Positions 48,859 through 56,580 of a DNA stretch of 64,000 nucleotides are shown here, in pieces. The notes below the pieces were generated by a model. The model saw only the letters and a list, made by a program, of their open reading frames with translations. It was not told the DNA's origin and searched no databases. Within the stretch, counting starts at the first letter, position 1; each line of letters starts with the position of its first letter. The stretch comes from Patescibacteria group bacterium. Lineage in GTDB: Bacteria; Patescibacteriota; Patescibacteriia; Patescibacteriales; WJLG01. The stretch is from contig JAQUPS010000003.1 in assembly GCA_028716485.1 (NCBI GenBank), positions 715 through 64,714 on the forward strand. The letters run 5' to 3'. The position numbers and the translations under genes are program-made.

Positions 48859-49566
48859 ATGAAATTTTCCGTAGTTGTTCCGGCTTATAACGAGGCAAAA
48901 AGCATCGCGGCGGCTGTTCAGGCTCTGCTGGCGCAAACCGCGCCCAGAAATGAATTTGAAATCATCGTCGTTGATAATAATTCGATCGACAACACTTTTG
49001 AAATCGCCCGGCAATCCGGCGCCGATTTAGTGATTAAAGAAACAAAGCAGGGCACGAATATGGCTCGCCAAGCCGGCTTGGCCAAAGCAAAAGGGGAAAT
49101 CGTCGCTTTCCTGGACGCTGATTCTGTTCCGCCGCCGGATTGGCTGGAAAAAATCGAGGCTGATCTTGGCGATGGAAAAATCATGGCTGTTTCCGGACCC
49201 CTGGATTACGGCTTTGTCGGCATTAAAAAATTTTTAGACTTGCTCTACGAAAAATATTTTCTGCCCAAGGCCGGAATATTTTTAAAGCTCTTGTTCGGAA
49301 AAAAATCCGGCGTAATCATCGGCGGCAATTTTGCCGCCCGCCGCGTTGCTCTGGATGCCATCGGCGGTTTGCCCGCGCTTGATTTTTGGGGAGATGACGC
49401 CGCCATCGCCATGCTGATTGCCCGCCGCGTCGGGCCGGTTTTATTCGACTCGGGATTGATCATCAGAAGTTCGCCGCGCCGGTTCGAACGAAGCGGATTT
49501 TTCAAATTGGCCGTCCGCTATCTTATCTCTTATTTAAAAATATATTTCAACAAAAAATATTCCTGA
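48859..49566 (+). CDS. Family 2 glycosyltransferase
   Basis: FSVVVPAYNEAKSI, VVDNNSID, LDADS. Confidence 0.8.
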   Translation: MKFSVVVPAYNEAKSIAAAVQALLAQTAPRNEFEIIVVDNNSIDNTFEIARQSGADLVIKETKQGTNMARQAGLAKAKGEIVAFLDADSVPPPDWLEKIEADLGDGKIMAVSGPLDYGFVGIKKFLDLLYEKYFLPKAGIFLKLLFGKKSGVIIGGNFAARRVALDAIGGLPALDFWGDDAAIAMLIARRVGPVLFDSGLIIRSSPRRFERSGFFKLAVRYLISYLKIYFNKKYS

Positions 49567-49575
49567 TTCCGGCTT

Positions 49576-50388
49576 TTAATCTTTGGTTAAAACCAGTTCG
49601 ACCGGATCATGATCGGATAAAGTCGGCTCCAGGATGATCGGCCGATGATCCTTCACGGCAAAACCCCAGCGTTCCAATCCCCTGGTAAAAATATAATCCA
49701 GCCGGTGGGAAAACGGCACGCGATTCGGCCACATATCGACGAACGGATTTTCCCGCCGGTAAGTCGGGGCGGAAAACAGCGATTCTTCGCCGGCCGGGAT
49801 ATTAAAATTATTATTAGCGAGCATGGCGGCAAAAAGTTCATGGCCCAAAATATCATGCTGATTAAAGTCGCCGGCCAAGATCACGGGTAAATCATTCGCC
49901 TCCAAACGGCTCATTATCTTCCGTAGCTGTTTGAGGCGGAATTTTTTTCCCCAAAAAATCCAAGAATGCAGATGCGTATCGATCATGCGCAATTTTCCCC
50001 AGGGCGTTTCCAGCACGGCTTCCAAGAAACCTTTGTGGCCGCACATCTCGGTAAACGAATAATTCAGGCGCGGAAAAGGGAAAAAATTTTCCTCGCTGAC
50101 GGGAAATTTGGAAAAAATCATCAAGCCGCCGCAAAAATTGGAAAAATTTTTCAACCAATGCTTCTGTGATTTTTTCTCGCCGAACGCGCAAAAATAATCC
50201 GGCCCCATCATCTTTTGCAGTAAATTTTGATTCTCGGCATCCCAAGTTTCCTGCAGACAGACGATATCCGCATTTTGCTTTTTCAAAAATTCGGCGACTT
50301 TGGCAATGCGCGCCTGCCGCTCTTTATTGAACCAAAGCGGCAAATCCCAGATATTATAGGTGATAATCTTCAAATCTTGTTTTTCCAT
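49576..50388 (-). CDS. Endonuclease/exonuclease/phosphatase (EEP) family protein (sphingomyelinase-like)
   Basis: IITYNIW, DIVCLQE, GDFN and SDHDPV, the EEP catalytic blocks in order. Confidence 0.75.
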   Translation of the reverse strand: MEKQDLKIITYNIWDLPLWFNKERQARIAKVAEFLKKQNADIVCLQETWDAENQNLLQKMMGPDYFCAFGEKKSQKHWLKNFSNFCGGLMIFSKFPVSEENFFPFPRLNYSFTEMCGHKGFLEAVLETPWGKLRMIDTHLHSWIFWGKKFRLKQLRKIMSRLEANDLPVILAGDFNQHDILGHELFAAMLANNNFNIPAGEESLFSAPTYRRENPFVDMWPNRVPFSHRLDYIFTRGLERWGFAVKDHRPIILEPTLSDHDPVELVLTKD

Positions 50389-50430
50389 AAGCTTATTCTA
50401 TAACTTTACGCGAAAAAAGCCAACTTTATA

Positions 50431-50535
50431 AAAATATCTAATATCAAATAGCCAATATTAAAAATTGGTTCCAACTCCGTTTTAAAATATTTATATATTG
50501 TTTTGATATTTGATATTTATTATTGGATATTTAAA
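50431..50535. repeat. Family D AT-rich inverted repeat, copy 2
   Basis: AAAATATCTAATATCAAATAGCCAATATTAAAAA...TTTGATATTTGATATTTATTATTGGATATTTAAAT. Confidence 0.6.
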
Positions 50536-50557
50536 TCAATTATGTTATAATATCCCC

Positions 50558-51526
50558 ATGCCGATTATTGAAATCAAAAATCTAACCAAAAAATACCGCG
50601 ATATCACCGCCGTCGACCAGCTCAATCTTCAAATCGAGGAAGGGGAAATTTTCGGCTTGCTCGGTCCGAACGGCGCGGGCAAGACCACGACGCTGATGAT
50701 GCTCACCACTTTGATCAAACCCAGCTCGGGCACGGCCAAAGTCAACGGTTTTGATATTGTTAAAAATCCTGACAAAGTCAGGTCTTCAATCGGCATGGTT
50801 TTTCAGGATCCTTCGAGCGACGATACGCTCACCGGCTATGAAAATCTCAAACTGCACGGCATGCTTTATAATATTCCGCCGGTCGAGCGCGAAAAAAGAA
50901 TCAAAGAAGTTTTAGAATTGGTGGAATTGACCGGCCGCAAAAATGAACTGGTCAAAAATTATTCAGGCGGCATGCGCCGGCGGCTGGAACTTGGCCGCGG
51001 CTTGATGCATTACCCCAAAGTATTATTCCTCGACGAACCGACGCTCGGGCTTGACCCGCAAACCCGCGACCATCTTTGGCGCTATATCGAAGATTTGGCG
51101 CGCCGGATGCATATCAGCGTCATCATTACCACGCATTATATGGAAGAGGCTGATATGCTCTGCGACCGGGTGGCAATCATTGATTCGGGCAAAATTGTCG
51201 CGCTGGACGCGCCGTCCAAACTGAAAGAAATCATCGGCGGCGATGTCGTGACCATAAAAATCAAAGAGCCAAAAATCGATTTAATCAAGCAGTTGCCCTA
51301 TATTTCCAAGGTTGATGTTAAAGACGGAATTGTTTCTCTGACGGTCGCCAACGCCAGCGAACATCTGGCGGAAATTTTGCAGACCATCGGCCAAGTCGAT
51401 TCGGTCGAAGTGCGCCAGCCGACTTTAAGCGACGTCTTCCTGCATTATACCGGCCGGGAAATCCGCGAAGATTCGGCCGAAGGCGGCTGGGCCGACAGAG
51501 TCATAAATTTCAGATCAAAGCATTGA
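50558..51526 (+). CDS. ABC transporter ATP-binding protein (ABC-2/DrrA-like exporter type)
   Basis: ATG at 50558 (MPIIEIKNLTKKY). GPNGAGKTT, YSGGMRRRLE, LFLDEPT. Confidence 0.9.
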   Translation: MPIIEIKNLTKKYRDITAVDQLNLQIEEGEIFGLLGPNGAGKTTTLMMLTTLIKPSSGTAKVNGFDIVKNPDKVRSSIGMVFQDPSSDDTLTGYENLKLHGMLYNIPPVEREKRIKEVLELVELTGRKNELVKNYSGGMRRRLELGRGLMHYPKVLFLDEPTLGLDPQTRDHLWRYIEDLARRMHISVIITTHYMEEADMLCDRVAIIDSGKIVALDAPSKLKEIIGGDVVTIKIKEPKIDLIKQLPYISKVDVKDGIVSLTVANASEHLAEILQTIGQVDSVEVRQPTLSDVFLHYTGREIREDSAEGGWADRVINFRSKH

Positions 51527-51527
51527 T

Positions 51528-51626
51528 AAAATATCCAATATCAAATAACCAATATTTAAAAATTAACCGGTATTAAAATATTTTAATATTTTTTGGTTAT
51601 TGTTTATTTGCTATTGGATATTAAAT
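51528..51626. repeat. Family D AT-rich inverted repeat, copy 3
   Basis: AAATATCCAATATCAAATAACCAATATTTAAAAA...TTGGTTATTGTTTATTTGCTATTGGATATTAAAT, between the ABC ATPase and permease genes. Confidence 0.6.
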
Positions 51627-51629
51627 ATT

Positions 51630-52403
51630 ATGAACAGTGAAATTAGGGGCATCCTGGCCATCTGGTACCGGGAACTTAAAGTTTTCCAGCGGGAAAAATC
51701 AAGATTGGTCGGCGCGATAGTCACGCCGGTACTTTGGCTTTTGATTTTCGGCGGCGGGCTTGGTTCGGCCATTTCGATCACCGGCTTGAATTATCAGGCG
51801 TTTATTTTTCCGGGCATCCTCGCCCAATCGGTTTTATTTTCCTCGATTTTTTTCGGCATCTATATCGTCTGGGATAAAAAAATCGATTTTCTCAAAGAAG
51901 TGCTGGTCTCCCCGGTTTCGCGCACCTCGATTTTTCTGGGCAAAGTCATCGGCGGTGCCACCGACTCGATGATCCAATGCGCGATCTTGCTGGTTATCGG
52001 CTGGATTTTCGGCGCTTTTAATATTATTCCCGGCTTGCACCTCACCATCTTTTCCTTCATCTTTTCCCTAGTCGCCATTGCCTTTATGACCACGTCGCTG
52101 GTCAGTATCGGCTTGATTATCGGCTCGCAGATGGAAAGCTTTGAAGGTTTTCAATTGGTTTCCAGTTTCCTGCTTTTTCCGCTTTTCTTCCTTTCCGGCG
52201 CGCTTTTTCCGATTAATCGCCTGCCGGCATGGATCGCGCCGTTCACTTTCATCAATCCCATCACCTACGGCGTCGATGCCCTGCGCCACATAATTTTGGG
52301 AGTTTCCCAGTACGGCCTGCTCGCTGATTTCAGCGTCATTATCGGTTTGGCCGTCGCCACCATCATCGCCGGCACTTTCGCTTTTGAAAAGATGAAATTG
52401 TAA
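51630..52403 (+). CDS. ABC-2 type transporter permease
   Basis: ATG at 51630 (MNSEIRG). Six hydrophobic segments, and it is adjacent to the ABC ATPase. Confidence 0.8.
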   Translation: MNSEIRGILAIWYRELKVFQREKSRLVGAIVTPVLWLLIFGGGLGSAISITGLNYQAFIFPGILAQSVLFSSIFFGIYIVWDKKIDFLKEVLVSPVSRTSIFLGKVIGGATDSMIQCAILLVIGWIFGAFNIIPGLHLTIFSFIFSLVAIAFMTTSLVSIGLIIGSQMESFEGFQLVSSFLLFPLFFLSGALFPINRLPAWIAPFTFINPITYGVDALRHIILGVSQYGLLADFSVIIGLAVATIIAGTFAFEKMKL

Positions 52404-52427
52404 TAATTTTCCGGCGTAAAAAATATA

Positions 52428-52458
52428 AAACCTGTTCATTGTTGAACAAGTTTTTTTA
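52428..52458 (+). terminator. Rho-independent terminator
   Basis: CCTGTTCA-TTGT-TGAACAAG followed by TTTTTTT. Confidence 0.55.
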
Positions 52459-52480
52459 TTATTATAACAAGGATTAGACG

Positions 52481-52532
52481 CCGGGCTTATGCCTCAAGGA
52501 TTTTGAAAAATTCCTTGCGCCATAAGCCCAGG
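52481..52532. repeat. Family F inverted repeat, copy 2
   Basis: CCGGGCTTATGCCTCAAGGATTTTGAAAAATTCCTTGCGCCATAAGCCCAGG. Confidence 0.5.
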
Positions 52533-52609
52533 GCCATGAACCAAGAATTATTAATTCAATTGATTTTAAAAACTAATTGTCTTATGATAATAAATATAAA
52601 ATAAAACAT

Positions 52610-53107
52610 ATGCGCGTACCAATCAGAAAACCGGATAAATATTTAAAAGGAAGGCCGGATCCGAAGATGACCGAGGCGAAATATCGGGTGTTATCGGCGG
52701 ATTTGGAAAGGATGAAAAGAGTTCGTCCGCCTTTAGCCGCGGAAGTGAAACGCTTGGCGCTGATGGGAGATTTTTCCGAAAACGCCGCTTATCAGATCGC
52801 CAAAGGCCGGCTGCGCGGACTGAACCAGGCGATGCTGGACGTGGCAGACCAGCTGGCGCGCGCGGAAATTATTGAACCGAATAAAAATAAAACCGTGGCC
52901 GGTCTGGGCAGTTTTGTGACCATAAAAAGCGCTGGCGGCAAAAAAACTTTTCAAATTCTCGGCTCAACCGAAACCAATCCATCGGCCGGAATCATTTCCA
53001 GTTCTTCACCGCTCGGCACGGCGCTGCTCGGCCGCCGAACCGGCGAAACGATTGCCGTGAAACTGACAAACAAAACGGTTGAGTATAAAATAATCTCAAT
53101 CGAGTAA
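52610..53107 (+). CDS. greA: Transcription elongation factor GreA
   Basis: ATG at 52610. Coiled-coil N-terminal domain with GDFSENAAY. C-terminal domain ends ...SPLGTALLGRRTGETIAV. Confidence 0.85.
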   Translation: MRVPIRKPDKYLKGRPDPKMTEAKYRVLSADLERMKRVRPPLAAEVKRLALMGDFSENAAYQIAKGRLRGLNQAMLDVADQLARAEIIEPNKNKTVAGLGSFVTIKSAGGKKTFQILGSTETNPSAGIISSSSPLGTALLGRRTGETIAVKLTNKTVEYKIISIE

Positions 53108-53375
53108 ATATATTTTTTAAACAAACTTCCGCGCCACACTAAATCTATCAATGCAACAAAAAAATAATTAATTTTCCTTATAGCGAGCATTGAAAAATTT
53201 CCGTTAAATCATGCAGCGTAGAAGCCGTGCAAAATCGTGTTGTCCGAAGCCCGCCCCGGGCGGGCGAGTATAACGATTTTGCTAGGCTTCTTAGCGGAGT
53301 GATAGGAAATTTTTCCTGCGAGCAATTTTTTGTGCTACTTTTTTTAAAAAAAGTAGCAAAGATAATGTCGGGAAT

Positions 53376-53416
53376 AGACCCTCCCCGTCTCACAGAGCTC
53401 GACACCCATCCCAAGG
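53376..53416. repeat. Family-B GC-rich module, intergenic copy in reverse orientation
   Basis: The reverse complement CCTTGGGATGGGTGTCGAGCTCTGTGAGACGGGGAGGGTCT parallels CTTGGGAGGGGTGG...GAGACGGGG(T/A)GGGT in dus and the U32 gene. Confidence 0.55.
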
Positions 53417-53432
53417 AGTGGATTTTTTAAAA

Positions 53433-55334
53433 TTATCCGGCTAATTTGACGCCGGATTTTTTAATGGTAAAAGAAGGCTTGTTTAATTTAAGATGAAGCG
53501 TGAAAAGGCGCAGGGAATTCAATAAAGGAAAAAAATCGGTAATAAAATTATAGGCTGAAGCGCCGACCGGACCAATAACGCCCATAAAAACCAAAGAAAA
53601 ACCGATCAAGTTCATTGTGCCCCAAATCCAAAAATCTTGCCGGGAGATCTGAACTGTATATTTTCCCAACTCGATCATTTCGGGCAATTCCGACAAATCG
53701 TCTTTCATCAAGGCGATATCGGCCGCTTCAATCGCCGAATCCGAACCGATGGCGCCCATCGCCACGCCGATATCGGCCAAGGAAATCGCCGCCGCGTCAT
53801 TGACGCCGTCGCCGACCATAATCGTTTTATATTTCCGGCTCAGCGATTTTTTGATAAAATCCAATTTGTCTTGCGGCAGAAGATTGGCATGATAATCCTT
53901 GATGCCGATCTGCTTGGCGATCCTGGCCGCGACCTTGCCGTTATCGCCAGTGAGCATAACTATTTTATTAATGCCCAGTTCAAAAAACTGTTTAATAATA
54001 TTTTCCGTGCCCGGACGGATCACATCGGCTAAAGCCAAAAATCCCACCGGCTTTCCGTTATAGCCCACAGCCACCAGCGTATAGCCCCTGGCTTCTTCGC
54101 GGGCGATAATTTTCTTTTGTTCCCCGTCAAAGCTGACATTTTCTTTTTCCAAAAATGAAATTTTGCCGCAGACGATTTTTTTTGATTGGCCGCCGATCAC
54201 GATTCCCTGACTGGTCGTTTCCTTAAAAATATCCGGCTCGGTTATTTTAATGCCGCGGAATCTGACATACTCGACGATCGATTTGGCGATCGGATGGCTG
54301 GAAACGCTTTCCGCCATTCCGGCATAAGACAATAATTCTTTCTCGGTAAAGCCGGAAAATACCAGGAAATCCTGGGCTTTGAGCCGGCCGGAGGTAATCG
54401 TGCCGGTTTTATCTAATAATACCTGTTTAGCGCGGGTCAAGCCTTCCAAAAATTCTCCGCCCTTGATAATGACGCCGCGGCGCGCCGCATAGCCGACGGC
54501 GGCCAAAAAAGCCATGGGCACGGCCACCGCAATATCGTCAGCGCAAGCGACCAGCAATAATGACAAGACCAAATTGAAGTTGCGCGTAAAAAGCAAAATG
54601 ATGATCGCGCCGCCGACTGTCAAAACAATATACCAGGTAGCGAAAATTTCCGCTGTCGTGCGGATTTTTGATTTATTTTTTTGCGACTCTTCCACCATCT
54701 TGACGATTTTTTCCAAAGTCGTATCGCGGCCGACTTTATCCGCCCGCACCGTCAGGGAACCGGCGACATTGAGCGTGGAACTGTAAACCGGATCGCCGGA
54801 TTTTTTGGCCACCGGCACGGACTCGCCGGTCAAAGATGATTGGTCGACTTCGGCTTCGCCTTGCGTGACAGTCCCATCGACGGAAATCCTTTCGCCCGAT
54901 TCGATAATCACCAAATCACCCACTCTGATTTTTTCCGTGGCGATTTTTATTATTTTGCCGTTGCGCTTGACCCGGGCTTTTTCCGGCCGCAATTTTAACA
55001 GGCTGGCAATCGCCGAGCGCGCTTTGTTCGCCGTGTAATCGCCGAAAATTCTGGCCGATGTCAGCATCAAGTTGATAAAAACCACCGAAGTCCATTCTCC
55101 GGCGATAATCGCCGCGATCAAAGCGATGCTGGCCAGCAAATCCACGGAAACCTGGCGTTTGTTCAACGAACGGATCGCGCTCACCAAAACCGGCAATAAA
55201 CCGAGATAGGAAGCGATGATAAAAATTGTCCGCAAATCGGCTGGCGGCGCGAAATGAAAATAATTAATAACCAGCAAAATCAGCAAAACAACGACAAAAA
55301 TTTTATCAAAATAGGCTTCGAATTTTTTTAGCAT
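53433..55334 (-). CDS. P1B-like (heavy-metal-type) P-type ATPase lacking an N-terminal metal-binding domain and with a non-canonical TM6 motif
   Basis: TGES, DKTGTIT, MLTGDN and GDGVNDA, with P1B-like topology. At the position of CPC/SPC the sequence reads VACADDIAVAVPMAF. ATG at 55334. Confidence 0.85.
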   Translation of the reverse strand: MLKKFEAYFDKIFVVVLLILLVINYFHFAPPADLRTIFIIASYLGLLPVLVSAIRSLNKRQVSVDLLASIALIAAIIAGEWTSVVFINLMLTSARIFGDYTANKARSAIASLLKLRPEKARVKRNGKIIKIATEKIRVGDLVIIESGERISVDGTVTQGEAEVDQSSLTGESVPVAKKSGDPVYSSTLNVAGSLTVRADKVGRDTTLEKIVKMVEESQKNKSKIRTTAEIFATWYIVLTVGGAIIILLFTRNFNLVLSLLLVACADDIAVAVPMAFLAAVGYAARRGVIIKGGEFLEGLTRAKQVLLDKTGTITSGRLKAQDFLVFSGFTEKELLSYAGMAESVSSHPIAKSIVEYVRFRGIKITEPDIFKETTSQGIVIGGQSKKIVCGKISFLEKENVSFDGEQKKIIAREEARGYTLVAVGYNGKPVGFLALADVIRPGTENIIKQFFELGINKIVMLTGDNGKVAARIAKQIGIKDYHANLLPQDKLDFIKKSLSRKYKTIMVGDGVNDAAAISLADIGVAMGAIGSDSAIEAADIALMKDDLSELPEMIELGKYTVQISRQDFWIWGTMNLIGFSLVFMGVIGPVGASAYNFITDFFPLLNSLRLFTLHLKLNKPSFTIKKSGVKLAG

Positions 55335-55352
55335 AAACAAAAAATTATATTG

Positions 55353-55889
55353 CTATCTTATTCCCGAATCAAAATTCACATTGACCGAAGTGAAAACGCC
55401 GGCCTTAACTAAAACTGTTTGGGCGATGCCGCGCGGATAAACATTATTGCCCTGCGGCTCGAGCAAATAATTTCCAGGTGGCAGACCGATTTTAAACTTA
55501 CCGTTTTGGTCAGTGTTAAAACGGGTGATTTCTTTTGTCCCGTCAGCTGATTTTACGATAACCAAAGCCGGATACGGCCGGGGCGCGCAAGCGGGATCGG
55601 GCGGAATCCTTTCTACCGGACAAACCGGACCGATCAGACTGACGCCGGTAATGCCGCTTTTCCCGATCGGCTCGGGCGACGGAACCGGCGGCGTGGTGGT
55701 AGGAGTTACCGAAGGACAGGCGGCGAATTCGCAATTCGGTCCGGTGCGGCCGACCGCGCTGCCGTCCGGGCAAAACTTGGCTTCCATCGTACAGGCAACG
55801 GGCTTGGGCGGCAAAGTCTTGGCTGGCAGATTGATTTGGCAGCCGGAAACAATAAAAATTATTGGCAATAAATATAAGAAGTTTTTCAT
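55353..55889 (-). CDS. Lipoprotein with Cys-rich segment, Pro/Thr linker and carboxypeptidase-regulatory-like (prealbumin-fold-like) C-terminal domain
   Basis: Lipobox IFIVSGC. CTMEAKFCPDGSAVGRTGPNCEFAACP, and NGKFKIGLPPGNYLLEP. Confidence 0.55.
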   Translation of the reverse strand: MKNFLYLLPIIFIVSGCQINLPAKTLPPKPVACTMEAKFCPDGSAVGRTGPNCEFAACPSVTPTTTPPVPSPEPIGKSGITGVSLIGPVCPVERIPPDPACAPRPYPALVIVKSADGTKEITRFNTDQNGKFKIGLPPGNYLLEPQGNNVYPRGIAQTVLVKAGVFTSVNVNFDSGIR

Positions 55890-55893
55890 AGAA

Positions 55894-56469
55894 TTATTTT
55901 TTACGTTCCACTTTTCCCATCAGCACCGCCTCGTCGATAATATGGCCGGTCATTGCGCCGAGCAAATGCTTCACATTTGATTTATCGGGCAAATTTAATT
56001 TTTCGTCCAAGGCATAAAGGCGATAATAATAATGATGCGTGCCGGAAGGCGGACAAGGCGCGACATATTTTGTCGAACCGGAAGAATTGGCGCCGGGCAC
56101 TGCGCCTTTGGGCGGATGCGAAATATCCAAAACCGCCGCGGCCGGATCGATATTCCAAGCCAGCCAGTGCGTGTAAATTCCGGCCGGCGCGTCCGGGTCA
56201 TCTGCTATCAAAGCAAGCGTCACAGTGCTGGCGGGAACGTCGGCAATCTGCAAAACCGGCGCCCTCCCCTCTCCCAGACAGGATAAATCTTGCGGCAAAA
56301 AATCGCCATTATTAAAATCCGGGCTGGTAATTTTCATATATATTTTATTAGAAATAATCGGCAACGAAGAGCTGGCCTGATAATTTTTATAAACGGTAAC
56401 GGGCTTAAAATTGGCCGCGGCGCAGCCGGAGAAGGCCAAAATAGCCAAAAGTATAAAAAACTTTTTCAT
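55894..56469 (-). CDS. YbhB/YbcL-family PEBP (Raf-kinase-inhibitor-like) lipoprotein
   Basis: Lipobox LAFSGC. DDPDAPAGIYTHWLAWNI and GTHHYYYRLYALD. Confidence 0.8.
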   Translation of the reverse strand: MKKFFILLAILAFSGCAAANFKPVTVYKNYQASSSLPIISNKIYMKITSPDFNNGDFLPQDLSCLGEGRAPVLQIADVPASTVTLALIADDPDAPAGIYTHWLAWNIDPAAAVLDISHPPKGAVPGANSSGSTKYVAPCPPSGTHHYYYRLYALDEKLNLPDKSNVKHLLGAMTGHIIDEAVLMGKVERKK

Positions 56470-56580
56470 AATTAAAAATAGGGGAAACCCTTGCTCGTCC
56501 CATAAAAATTATAACATAAAATTCGCTTATTGCCCCAAAAAAATAAGCGCCGCCAGATTGATCAACCATGGCTTAGCGCC

